The position numbers were made by a program, and so were the translations under genes. 64,000 nucleotides of DNA from an uncultured Solirubrobacteraceae bacterium (lineage in GTDB: Bacteria > Actinomycetota > Thermoleophilia > Solirubrobacterales > Solirubrobacteraceae), in assembly GCA_964588985.1 (NCBI GenBank), contig CAZPQW010000015.1, positions 22,128-86,127 on the forward strand. Direction: 5' to 3'. Each line of letters starts with the position of its first letter. Position 1 is the first letter of the stretch. Below the pieces are notes generated by a model that did no database searches, was not told where the DNA came from, and saw nothing but the letters and a program-made list of their open reading frames with translations. Positions 1-9,078 of this stretch are shown here, in pieces.

Positions 1-2
1 TC

Positions 3-371
3 GGCGGGCAGCATCCGCATGCGCCGCGCCACCGCGTTGCACGCGCCGCCGCCGCGCCGCACCGCTCCGTGCTCGGGATCGGCGCTGGCGCTCTCGCCGC
101 GAGTGAATCCGACTCAGCTCACGCTCACTCGGCCACCGCGGCGCTCACGCCCGCGGGCAAGGCCAGCCGCGAGTTTGGTCCTGAGCAGACGCTGGCCGCG
201 GGAGCGCAGCGATCCATAGCGAGTGCGCCGCCGACCACACCGGCGGCTCGGGCGGCGTCGTCGAACTCTGCGAGTGAAGCAACAGTCGGGGCCTCCGCGG
301 CTCGTGGCGCGCACTCTTCGCAGCCGGCAGGTGGCGCATCAGCCGCCGAACGCGAGTTCTCTCCCGGTTAA
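3..371 (+). CDS. 3' end of a gene starting before the window (Ala/Ser/Pro-rich tail)
   Basis: Frame open from base 3 to TAA at 369-371; low-complexity tail with REFGP/REFSP motifs. Confidence 0.5.
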   Translation, partial: GGQHPHAPRHRVARAAAAPHRSVLGIGAGALAASESDSAHAHSATAALTPAGKASREFGPEQTLAAGAQRSIASAPPTTPAARAASSNSASEATVGASAARGAHSSQPAGGASAAEREFSPG

Positions 372-439
372 CCCCGGGTGCTCGAGAAGCTGCCCGCCAA
401 CGAACGAACCATTTCATCCTAAGTGGCTCCTACCGTTGC

Positions 440-916
440 GTGCCAATGCGAACTCTGGAGGACATCACCTACGAGGCAGGTCGATCCGCCCTCGCTGATC
501 AGGAGGGGATCGTCACCGGGATACGGCAACGCACCGGAACGCTTCTCGCGGCACATGCGCTGGTGGCGTCTTTCTTGGGCGCTACTGCCGTGCGGGCACG
601 GGGTTTGCACACCGTAGGCTGGCTCGCGCTTACCGCGCTAACTCTTGGATTGGTCGTCGCAGCGATCCTGCTCGCGCCGTGGCAGTTGAGATTCGCTGTC
701 GACGCCTCCGAGCTCTATGACCATCTATATGAGCAAGCGGTGTCCGAAGCTTCCGCTGACACCCTTGGCTGGCTTGCGGCGGCTGGCTATGGCTATCAGA
801 ACCTTCGTGAGGAGAACGCGTTCAAGGTGCGGTGCATCTCGTGGCTGTCGGGTGCGCTGGGCGTACTCATGGTTATCCAGACGTTGGCGTGGTTGGCGGC
901 GCTGACGGTAGAATGA
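440..916 (+). CDS. Small integral membrane protein (about 3 TM), unknown function
   Basis: 158-aa ORF with three hydrophobic stretches; TACCGT box at 431-436; start may be ATG 446. Confidence 0.75.
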   Translation: MPMRTLEDITYEAGRSALADQEGIVTGIRQRTGTLLAAHALVASFLGATAVRARGLHTVGWLALTALTLGLVVAAILLAPWQLRFAVDASELYDHLYEQAVSEASADTLGWLAAAGYGYQNLREENAFKVRCISWLSGALGVLMVIQTLAWLAALTVE

Positions 917-920
917 GCGC

Positions 921-1073
921 ATGGCACCGAAGCCGCTACCACCTGACCAGATCAAGGCCCCTCCTACGACGATAGGCATCTACGAGGGACACGGTGGTGC
1001 ATTGCCACGGCCTGTCCCGCGACCCGGCGGAAGCGGCAACCGACACTCGCACGGATCGGCGCAAGTTCAGTAG
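921..1073 (+). CDS. Putative 50-aa Pro/Gly-rich small protein (MAPKPLPPDQIKAPPTT...)
   Basis: ATG 921 lies 6 nt after TAGAAT (909-914), a leaderless layout; stop TAG 1071-1073; too short for the ORF track. Confidence 0.4.
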   Translation: MAPKPLPPDQIKAPPTTIGIYEGHGGALPRPVPRPGGSGNRHSHGSAQVQ

Positions 1074-1094
1074 TCGTGTCCGTGATCGGCGCGG

Positions 1095-2414
1095 TCAACC
1101 CCGCGGAAACACCTTCCCCAGCCGACCGAGCGCGAGCGGGTTGCCGCGGGGGCGCAGACGGCCGGTGGCGACGGCGCGCAGCGGGTCCAGGCGCTCGCCG
1201 ATGATGTCGACCCAGTCCTGGTAGGAGAGCCGCAGGCGCAGGTCGGGGTTCGACGCCTCGCCCTGCTCGACGGTGGACGAGCCGTTGTTCACCGTCATGT
1301 GCCACGTGGGGACGTCGGGGTCGGTGAACTCCCACTGGAACGTCGTCGGCCGCTTGAGGCCGTGGTTCGGGTTGACCTGCCGGCGGATCGTGTCGAACAG
1401 CAGCGCGATCGTCTCGGGGTCGCGCGAGGAGGGGCCTTCGCGCACGCCGATCACGCCGGCTTTCGCGAGCGCGCGGCCGCGCTGTGAGACCTCGAGCGGC
1501 GAGAGGCCCGGTGGCAGCAGCGCCGGCCCCGGAAGCGACTCGATCGCGAGGCCGGCAGAGCGCAGCTTGGTGCTCATCGACGTGAGGCCCTCCACGCCGA
1601 CCTTGTCGAAGGTGTAGTTGAACACCGTCAAGTAGCTTTCGTCCCAGCCCGGGGGCATCAGCACCTGGGAGGTGTAGCGGGTGACCTCGCGCAGTGTGCG
1701 AGCGACCGCCTTGGGCACGCCCTTGGGGTCTTCGCGGTTGAGGTCCGACAGGAGCTTCACGCCGAAGCCGATGTGGCGCTGCTCGTCGGCGGCGATGTTC
1801 GCCATCCCCTCGCGGAACGCCGGCAGCTGGTCACGTTCCTCGAGGTAGCTGCAGATGAAGTGCTGGCCGGGCTGGGCGAGCGCCGCCTCGATCACGATGT
1901 GGTAGAGCGTCACCGCCGCGGCGAGCTGCGCGGGGGAGCGGTCGGCTCGCAGCTCGTCGGCCATCGTGTCGAGCCGGTCGAAGATCTTGCGGAAGCCGAC
2001 CGTCAGCTGCGGCTTGATCGCGCTCAGGCCGCTCGCCATCGAGCCGTCGCCGATGCCGCACACCTCCTGCATGAAGCGCTTGAAGAACACCGCGTGGCGC
2101 GCCTCGTCGACCTGCTGGGTGGTGAGGAAGTACTTCTGCTCCTCGCGCGGTGCCGCGTCGATGTAAGGGGAGAGGTTGTCCGCGACCGCGTCCTCGCCCC
2201 AGAAGAACAGGCAGTAGTTCCACAGCGCCGCCTGGCGCTCGAACTCGGTGAAGTCCTCGCGCCACTGGCGCGCGTCCTCGGTGAAGTCCAGCTCCATCGC
2301 CGACCAGTTGCCGCGCTCCCAGCGCGCGTACAGATCCTCGTAGGAGATCGCGTCCGCCGGGAGGCTGGCCACATTCGACGCGTCAGTGGACGTGGGTGAT
2401 GTTGCGCTCGCCAT
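1095..2414 (-). CDS. Ferritin-like di-metal oxidase (R2/R2lox-like) fused to a C-terminal SCP2 lipid-binding domain
   Basis: Carboxylate ligand motifs GEDAV, DEARH, VIEA, DEQRH; SCP2-like C-terminus (LDPLRAVATGRLRPRGN). Confidence 0.8.
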   Translation of the reverse strand: MASATSPTSTDASNVASLPADAISYEDLYARWERGNWSAMELDFTEDARQWREDFTEFERQAALWNYCLFFWGEDAVADNLSPYIDAAPREEQKYFLTTQQVDEARHAVFFKRFMQEVCGIGDGSMASGLSAIKPQLTVGFRKIFDRLDTMADELRADRSPAQLAAAVTLYHIVIEAALAQPGQHFICSYLEERDQLPAFREGMANIAADEQRHIGFGVKLLSDLNREDPKGVPKAVARTLREVTRYTSQVLMPPGWDESYLTVFNYTFDKVGVEGLTSMSTKLRSAGLAIESLPGPALLPPGLSPLEVSQRGRALAKAGVIGVREGPSSRDPETIALLFDTIRRQVNPNHGLKRPTTFQWEFTDPDVPTWHMTVNNGSSTVEQGEASNPDLRLRLSYQDWVDIIGERLDPLRAVATGRLRPRGNPLALGRLGKVFPRG

Positions 2415-2471
2415 CGGGTCGCTCCTATCGCTGATCCAGCTGCCATCCGGCTGCTCGAATTGGATAACGAA

Positions 2472-2507
2472 CGCTATCGAAATAGCGAGCGCTCTGTCAA
2501 GTAATAT
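2472..2507. promoter_or_regulatory. Probable TetR operator and divergent promoter
   Basis: Palindrome CGCTAT-cgaa-ATAGCG (2472-2487) and TAATAT box (2502-2507) 8 nt before the tetR ATG. Confidence 0.5.
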
Positions 2508-2515
2508 CCCCGGAC

Positions 2516-3151
2516 ATGGAGGCGACGCGCATGACCCGCGAGCAGAGCCGCGCGAACACGCGCGAGCGGCTGCTCGCCGCCGCCCGCGGCGCCTTCGCGC
2601 GCAGCGGCTTCCACGGCGCTTCCGTCGACGAGATCGCCTCCGAGGCCGGGTTCTCCACCGGCGCGCTGTACTCGAACTTCGACGGCAAGGAGGATCTCTT
2701 CCTCGTGTTGATGGAGCGCGAGATCGAAGAGCACGCGCGTGAGATCGCGGAGGCGGTGGGGGCGCGGGACTCGATGGCCGAGAAGGCCACCGGCGGCGCG
2801 CGCCAGTGGATGACGATGATCGACCGCGAGCCGGAGCTGCTGCTGCTGTTCATGGAGTTCTGGGCCTACGGCGTGCGCGACCCGCGGATGCGCCCGAAGG
2901 TGGCCGCGCGCTTCGCGCAGATGCGCCAGGTGATCACCAAGCTGATCGCCGACGGCGTGCGCGAGTTCGACCTCGAGCTGGACATCCCCGCCGAGCAGCT
3001 CGCGCTGGTGATCGACGCGCTCGCCGACGGCATCGCACGCCAGAAGCTGGCGGACCCGGACGCGGTGCCCGACGACCTGATGGGCAAGGTGCTCGCGCTG
3101 CTGCTCTCCGCCGCCAGCCGGCCGGTGGGCGGCCCCGCCGCGCAGGCGTAG
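2516..3151 (+). CDS. TetR/AcrR family transcriptional regulator
   Basis: HTH GFHGASVDEIASEAGFSTGALYSNFDGKEDLF. Confidence 0.93.
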   Translation: MEATRMTREQSRANTRERLLAAARGAFARSGFHGASVDEIASEAGFSTGALYSNFDGKEDLFLVLMEREIEEHAREIAEAVGARDSMAEKATGGARQWMTMIDREPELLLLFMEFWAYGVRDPRMRPKVAARFAQMRQVITKLIADGVREFDLELDIPAEQLALVIDALADGIARQKLADPDAVPDDLMGKVLALLLSAASRPVGGPAAQA

Positions 3152-3237
3152 CGACCGCGACATACGAGCACAGGGCGCGGGCGCCCGCCGGACCTCCGCG
3201 AGCGGGGTCCTCCACAACGGCGATTATTGTGGTCGCG

Positions 3238-5253
3238 ATGACGGGCAAGCTCACGGCGCCGCTGCGCGAGGCGCCCGCGACGGTGCTGGCGCTCGTCGCG
3301 CTGGCGCTCTTCGTCGCCTGGGCGAGCGACCAGGCGGGCTACCCCGTCACCCACTGGGCTCCCGGCGCGTTGATCGTGCTGGCGCTGCTGTGCATCGCGC
3401 TCGCGGTCGTCCGCCTGCGCCCCGCCGAGGTGCCCACATCCGTGCGGATCGCGCTCTTCGCGCTCGCCGCCTACACCGCCTTCAGCTACCTGTCGATCCT
3501 CTGGGCGGGCGTGCGGGGCGACGCGTGGGAAGGGGCCAACCGCACGCTGCTCTACCTCGCGGTGTTCGCGCTGTTCGCCTGCTGGCGCCAGCGCGCCGTC
3601 ACCGCGGCGCTGCTGCTCGTCCTGTGGGTCGTGGCGATGATCGTGCTGGCGGCCGTGACCGCGCTGCACGTCGACGCGGCAGGTGGCGCGGGCCTCCAGA
3701 GCATGGTTCCGGGCGGGCGCCTGGACTACCCCAGCGGCTATCCCAACGCCAACGCAGCGCAGTGCCTGATGGCGTTCTGGCCGGCGCTGCTGCTCGCGCG
3801 CGCCGAGCGCCTGCCGTGGGCGCTGCGCGGGCTGCTCGCGGGCGGCGCCGTGCTGCTCGCGGAGGTGGCGCTGCTCAGCCAGAGTCGAGGGTCGCTGTAT
3901 GCGACGCCGGTGATGGTCGTGCTGGTGTTCGCGCTGCTTCCCGGCCGCGTCCGCACGTTCGCGCTCCTCGTGCCCGTCGCCGCGGGGGTCGGCGCGGTCG
4001 CCCCGATCGTGCTCAGGGTCGGAGACCGGTTGCAGAACGGCAACGCGACGCACGCGACGGTGCACAGCGCGACCGTCGCCATGTTCGTCGCATCCGTGGC
4101 GGTCGCCCTGATCGTCGCCGTCGGAGCCGCGGTCGAGTCGCGGCTTGCCGCCGAAGGTCTCCGTCGGCGGCTGGGACGGGTCGTCGCGGGTCTCGCGATC
4201 GCCGCGCTGGTGGCGTGTGTCGCCGGGGGGCTCGCGGTGGCCGGAAACCCGGTCACGAGGATCGAAAGCGCATGGCACAGCTTCAAGGGCGGCTATGGGG
4301 AGAGCGCCTCGAACACCAGCCGGCTGGCGAGCGGGCTGGGCAGCAACCGCTACGACTTCTACCGCGTTGCGCTCGACGAGTTCCTCGCCCATCCGATCGC
4401 GGGCATCGGCGTGGACAACTTCCAGCAGCAGTACCTGCTGCACGGACGCTCCACCGAGACCCCGCGCTACCCGCACAGCGTCGAGCTGCGCACGCTCGCC
4501 GAGACAGGCCTGATCGGTTCGCTGCTGGCGCTCCTCGGTCTCGCCGGCGCGCTCTTCGCCGTTTCGCGCGCCGTTCGCGGCCCGGATCCGCTCGCCCGCT
4601 CGGCAGCGGCGGCGGCCGCCGCCGGCTTCGCGTACTGGGCTGTGCAGGGTTCCTTCGATTGGTTCTGGGAGTTCGCGGGCCTCGGCGCGCCAGCCTTCGC
4701 TCTGCTCGGCCTCGGCTGTGCGCTCGCGCCCGCGAGCCGCGCAACGATCTCCCCTCCCATAAAAAACCCTGCTTTCAGGCGCGTTGGATTCGCCATGGGC
4801 GCGCTTTGCGTACTCGCGGCGACGATCTCGCTGGCGGCGCCGTGGCTCAGCCAGCTGCAGATCCAGAGCGCGGCGCGCGTCTGGACGAAAGCGCCGACGA
4901 CGGCCTACAGGCGCCTCGAAGATTCCGCAAGTCTGAATCCGCTCGGCGACCAGGCTTATCTGGTGGCTGGAGACATTGCGCTCAGATTCGGCGACCTCGC
5001 GCGCGCTGAACGCGAGTTCTCGCTCGCGCTGGAGCGGAGCCCCGGCGACGCCTACGCGACGCTCGAGCGGGGGGCGATCGCGTCGAGCAGAGGCGAGCGC
5101 AACACGGCAACGGCACTGCTGGAGCGCGCTGTGCGACTGAGTCCGCGCGACGCGCTCGCGCGTGAAGCGCTGAGTGTGGTGCGCGAAGGGCATCGGGTGG
5201 ATGTCGCGGAGCTCAACCGCGAGATCCTCCTCAAAGCTCAGCAATTCGCCTGA
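3238..5253 (+). CDS. O-antigen ligase (Wzy_C) family membrane protein with C-terminal TPR repeats
   Basis: Many TM helices; GYPNA, SQSRG, GIGVDNF and PHSVEL...ETGLIG motifs; TPR-like tail; TATTGT box 7 nt before ATG 3238. Confidence 0.85.
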   Translation: MTGKLTAPLREAPATVLALVALALFVAWASDQAGYPVTHWAPGALIVLALLCIALAVVRLRPAEVPTSVRIALFALAAYTAFSYLSILWAGVRGDAWEGANRTLLYLAVFALFACWRQRAVTAALLLVLWVVAMIVLAAVTALHVDAAGGAGLQSMVPGGRLDYPSGYPNANAAQCLMAFWPALLLARAERLPWALRGLLAGGAVLLAEVALLSQSRGSLYATPVMVVLVFALLPGRVRTFALLVPVAAGVGAVAPIVLRVGDRLQNGNATHATVHSATVAMFVASVAVALIVAVGAAVESRLAAEGLRRRLGRVVAGLAIAALVACVAGGLAVAGNPVTRIESAWHSFKGGYGESASNTSRLASGLGSNRYDFYRVALDEFLAHPIAGIGVDNFQQQYLLHGRSTETPRYPHSVELRTLAETGLIGSLLALLGLAGALFAVSRAVRGPDPLARSAAAAAAAGFAYWAVQGSFDWFWEFAGLGAPAFALLGLGCALAPASRATISPPIKNPAFRRVGFAMGALCVLAATISLAAPWLSQLQIQSAARVWTKAPTTAYRRLEDSASLNPLGDQAYLVAGDIALRFGDLARAEREFSLALERSPGDAYATLERGAIASSRGERNTATALLERAVRLSPRDALAREALSVVREGHRVDVAELNREILLKAQQFA

Positions 5254-5470
5254 GCTGTTGAAGATTTTCCCAAGGATCGAGCCATGCACGCCTGGTAATG
5301 GCTACGGACCTTCGGTAGCGTGTGACTGAGCGCTCGTCGATTCGTTGACCACAGTGCGCGGCCACTCAAGTGGCTCTGCGATCGAGAGTGGCCCAGCGGC
5401 GACGAGCGGATGGCAAGGACATCGAGCGCAGTCGGCTCTGGCCACAGTTAGGAACCCAAGGCAGGGACGC

Positions 5471-5989
5471 ATGACAAAGCACCAGCACCTCTACACGACG
5501 ACCTTCACGCTGCTGGCGCTCGCCCTGTGGGCGCCCACCGCCGCTTGTGCCACCTCCGGCTCGCTGCTGAGTGGTTACGGCGGCCCCGGTCAGGGCAGTC
5601 AGGCGATCCTCGGCTCCGCCCTGCTGAACGGTCCCTCCGGCGGTTCCCCCGGCTCGGGATCCGCCACCACGACGACCGCCGCGATGAGCGGCGGCGCCTC
5701 GAGCCTGGCTCAACCGGGCCGATCGCCCAGCCGCAGCAACGCCTCGCGCACGTCGCGCGCAAGCGGCGCCACCACCGGCCGACGCGCAAAGTCATCCACG
5801 GGCGGATCGAGCGCGTACCCCGTTCGAGATGAAGCGTCCAGCTCCACGGCGCCCGTGGAGGGCTCCACCGTGGGGCTCTCCGGCGCCGACCTCGCGTACC
5901 TGGTGCTCGCGCTCGTCGCGCTCGCGGCGACGGCCATGCTCACCAGGGGTCTCGCGAGCGGCGGACGCGGCGGCAACGCACATGGCTAA
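5471..5989 (+). CDS. Secreted Ser/Thr/Gly-rich protein with C-terminal membrane anchor
   Basis: Signal peptide after MTKHQH, low-complexity middle, hydrophobic C-terminal helix followed by Arg/Gly tail. Confidence 0.7.
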   Translation: MTKHQHLYTTTFTLLALALWAPTAACATSGSLLSGYGGPGQGSQAILGSALLNGPSGGSPGSGSATTTTAAMSGGASSLAQPGRSPSRSNASRTSRASGATTGRRAKSSTGGSSAYPVRDEASSSTAPVEGSTVGLSGADLAYLVLALVALAATAMLTRGLASGGRGGNAHG

Positions 5990-6034
5990 AGGGATGCGAC
6001 GCAGGGCCCGAGAAGACAAGTAGGCGAGTTTTTA

Positions 6035-7573
6035 ATGGACAAACCACGAGTAACCCAGCAAACCTCCAACGCGATCTCGCTCCGCGGCGATCTCGCGCAC
6101 GAGGCGCCCGGCCCGAGGCTGCTTGGGCGCAGCACGTTCCGCGGCCGGCTGCAGTGGGCCCTGGAGGGCCCTGGCTGGGGGATTCTGCGCCCGACGGTGG
6201 ACTTCGTGCTGCTGTGCGTCGCCGTGGCGATCGCCTTGGGAGGAGCGAGCGCCACCCTTCACGTTCCCGCGGTTCGTGCACCGCTGCTCGCGATGCCGCC
6301 GTTGGTGATGCTGCTGTTCTACCTGCGGGGTCTCTACCGCACCCGCCTGCGTGCGCTCGTGCTCGATGGGGTCGTCCCCGTCGTCAGCGCCGTGTCGGTC
6401 GCCGCGATGGCCGTCGCCGTCCTCGGCATGCTCGTCAACGATCAGGTCACCAACCAGTCCGATTGGCTGCGCGCTTGGCTGTTCGCGCTCGTCGGCGTCG
6501 GGTTGGGCCGCATACTGCTGTCCTCCGCCCAGCGCCTGGCCCGCGCCCGCCGCCTCGTCGGCAAGCCCGTGTTGATCATGGGCGCCGGCATGGTCGGGGC
6601 GCAGGTGGCTCGTCGGCTGGAGAGCCACCCCGAGTATGGTCTCGCGCCGATCGGGTTCCTAGACGAGGACCCGCGCTCGATCGCCGAGGTGGGAGGGCGC
6701 GACGTGCCCGTGCTGGGAACAATCGAGGATCTCGACGAGACCGTCGCGCGGACCGGCGTGAAGAACCTCATCGTGGCGTTCTCCTCGGTCACCGACGATC
6801 GCGTCAGCCGCCTGATCCAGCGCTGCCAGGAGCTCGGCGTGGAAGTCTCAGTAGTGCCGCGCATGTTCGACACGATCAACGATCGCGTGGGCTACGACAC
6901 CGTCGGCGGGCTGCCGCTGCTGTCGTTCAGCACCGTCGACCCCAACGGGCTGCAGTTCGCCGTCAAGCACGCGATGGACCGCGTCGTGGCGGTGACGCTG
7001 CTGATCCTGCTCTCGCCCCTGCTGCTGCTGGCGGCCCTCGCCGTGCGTCTCAGCTCACCGGGGCCCGTGTTCTTCAAGCAGCGCCGCGTGGGGCGTGACG
7101 GCAAGGTGTTCGACTTCTACAAGTTCCGCTCGATGCGCGTGCAGCCCGGAGCGCCGAACCCCGACGAGGAGGACGCCGGCGCGCTGGCGTTCCTGCTGGC
7201 CGGCGACATCGCGCCTGGAGGAGTGGAGGGCGTGGACCGCCGCACCACCGTCGGGCGGTTCCTGCGCAGAACCTCGTTCGACGAGCTGCCGCAGCTGTTC
7301 AACGTGCTCCGCGGCGACATGAGCCTCGTCGGCCCCCGTCCAGAGCGCCCCGAGTTCGTGGAGCTGTTCAGACAGGACATCATCCGCTACGGCGACCGCC
7401 ACCGCGTCAAGTCCGGCATCACCGGCTGGGCGCAGGTCCACGGGCTGCGCGGGCAGACCTCGCTGGCCGAGCGAGTGGAGTGGGACAACTACTACATCGC
7501 CCACTGGTCGGTCGGGCTGGACCTGAAGATCCTCGCGCTGACCGTGCTCGCGCTGTTCCGCAACGCGGAGTAG
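6035..7573 (+). CDS. Priming polyprenyl-phosphate glycosylphosphotransferase (WcaJ/CpsE-like)
   Basis: N-terminal TMs, Rossmann-like domain, catalytic motifs KFRSM, DELPQL, GDMSLVGPRPE, GITGWAQ. Confidence 0.95.
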   Translation: MDKPRVTQQTSNAISLRGDLAHEAPGPRLLGRSTFRGRLQWALEGPGWGILRPTVDFVLLCVAVAIALGGASATLHVPAVRAPLLAMPPLVMLLFYLRGLYRTRLRALVLDGVVPVVSAVSVAAMAVAVLGMLVNDQVTNQSDWLRAWLFALVGVGLGRILLSSAQRLARARRLVGKPVLIMGAGMVGAQVARRLESHPEYGLAPIGFLDEDPRSIAEVGGRDVPVLGTIEDLDETVARTGVKNLIVAFSSVTDDRVSRLIQRCQELGVEVSVVPRMFDTINDRVGYDTVGGLPLLSFSTVDPNGLQFAVKHAMDRVVAVTLLILLSPLLLLAALAVRLSSPGPVFFKQRRVGRDGKVFDFYKFRSMRVQPGAPNPDEEDAGALAFLLAGDIAPGGVEGVDRRTTVGRFLRRTSFDELPQLFNVLRGDMSLVGPRPERPEFVELFRQDIIRYGDRHRVKSGITGWAQVHGLRGQTSLAERVEWDNYYIAHWSVGLDLKILALTVLALFRNAE

Positions 7574-7588
7574 GTCCCGCCTCCCAGC

Positions 7589-8914
7589 TCAGATGCTCGA
7601 CTGGGCCGCTCTGCTCGGGCCGCCGCCGTACTGAAAGACGCGCACGCTCAGTCCTCGCGTGCCCAGCACCGCGGGCAGCGCGATCGAATAGTGATCGAAG
7701 CGATCGAGCGTGAACAGCGCGCGATAGCGCAGCACGCTGCCCTGAAACGCTTCCAGCTCCATGAAGTCGCCCACCGGCCCCGAGCCGCTCGCGCGCACGC
7801 GCCCTCTCCTTGCGCTCAGGCCCACGGTCACACGGCTGACAGAGCCGAAGGGCGAGGTCAGCACGCGCTTGAACGCGGCGAAGGAGCGCTTGTGCCTGCC
7901 GGCCAGGCTCACCACCCCGAATTCTTCGTTGCCGGAGTCCAGCAGCTTGTAGAGCACCGCCGCGGCGACGTAGCGCATGCGGCTGAGGGCATGGAACGTG
8001 TCGAGGATGTTCGCGGCCTGCGTCTGTGCGGTCACGCAGCCCTGTTCCTGCTGGATCTTGCGCCGTGGCCAGCAGCTGGTCCAGCCGAACTCGTCCAGCC
8101 ACAGCGGGGTGGAGTCGCCGTTGGCCAGCTGTGTTTCGTGGATCGAGCGCAGCGAGGCGAGCGTGAGGTTGTAGAAGTGCACGGCCAGCCCGTCGTAGAA
8201 GCCCTTGATGCCCGCCGCGTATAGCGCGCGCAGGAACGCGCCGTTGGAGCCCACGAGCGAGCCGCCGAGGACCATCACGCTCGGGTTGGCTCGCTTGATC
8301 GCCGGGTATGCCGCACGCAGCATCGCCGCGTAGCGAACGGCCTTGTTGGGGCCCGCGAAGTACGCTTCGTTTGACTGGTCGGGCTCGTTCCAGATTTCGA
8401 TTGCGGCCAGCTGTGGGCCGTAGCGCTGGGCGAGATACGCCACGAAGGCCGCGAACGCCTCCGGGTCGGCCGGGCCCCACGAGTTGGCCTTGCTGACCTT
8501 GCCGCCCACACACGCTCGCAGCACGGCGGCGGGTGCGGAGGAGGCCCAGCAGGGCGAGCTCTGCACCAGCATGATCAGTCGCATCCCAGCGCCGGCGGCA
8601 TCCGCGGCCAGGCGATCGGTGTATGCCAGCGCGCGCGGGTCGATCTGGCCTGGCCCGAGCGGCTCGATCACCGACCACGGCACTTCCATGCGCACCACCT
8701 TCGCGTGCAGCTGGTGCGCGACCGCGATCGAGCGGTCCGCCTGGCTCGGAATCGAGCCGCTCTGGACGCTTCCGATGTTCACCCCCCCGATCAGCGTCGT
8801 GGAGGCAGGACGTGCGGCCTGGCCTGCGCCCGCCGCGAGGGAGGGCGAGAGCCCGACGCCCGCGCACAGCGCGAGCGTGAACCAGACGGCTGGTCCGAGG
8901 ACGCGCGTGGCCAT
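7589..8914 (-). CDS. Secreted clan GH-A glycoside hydrolase (GH5/GH39-like)
   Basis: Signal peptide; acid/base motif WNEPD; nucleophile motif LDEFG. Confidence 0.8.
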   Translation of the reverse strand: MATRVLGPAVWFTLALCAGVGLSPSLAAGAGQAARPASTTLIGGVNIGSVQSGSIPSQADRSIAVAHQLHAKVVRMEVPWSVIEPLGPGQIDPRALAYTDRLAADAAGAGMRLIMLVQSSPCWASSAPAAVLRACVGGKVSKANSWGPADPEAFAAFVAYLAQRYGPQLAAIEIWNEPDQSNEAYFAGPNKAVRYAAMLRAAYPAIKRANPSVMVLGGSLVGSNGAFLRALYAAGIKGFYDGLAVHFYNLTLASLRSIHETQLANGDSTPLWLDEFGWTSCWPRRKIQQEQGCVTAQTQAANILDTFHALSRMRYVAAAVLYKLLDSGNEEFGVVSLAGRHKRSFAAFKRVLTSPFGSVSRVTVGLSARRGRVRASGSGPVGDFMELEAFQGSVLRYRALFTLDRFDHYSIALPAVLGTRGLSVRVFQYGGGPSRAAQSSI

Positions 8915-8991
8915 ATGCCCACACGATAGTCACCGTCGCCTCCTACGGCGCTGGTGTGGCCGTGGCGAGCTTCAGTAGGCTACCCCCGGTC

Positions 8992-9078
8992 ATGTCGCCG
9001 ACTTGGATCTGGATGCAGTTCGCGATCGTGATCTTCGTGCTGATCGGGATGGTCATCGCCATCGTCAAGCTTGTCTGA
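8992..9078 (+). CDS. 28-aa single-TM microprotein (MSPTWIWMQFAIVIFVLIGMVIAIVKLV)
   Basis: Host-like GC3 codons, TAGGCT box at 8976-8981, stop overlaps the TTG start of the next gene. Confidence 0.7.
   Translation: MSPTWIWMQFAIVIFVLIGMVIAIVKLV

Noticed and set aside
1095-2414. Ribonucleotide reductase beta subunit
   Set aside because: No R1 gene nearby, and the SCP2 fusion points to an R2-like oxidase instead
2866-5289. 807-aa antisense ORF and many similar long shadow ORFs (e.g. 15489-17711, 28946-30910, 54022-55923)
   Set aside because: Arg/Ala-rich alternative frames overlapping well-supported genes; expected at this GC content
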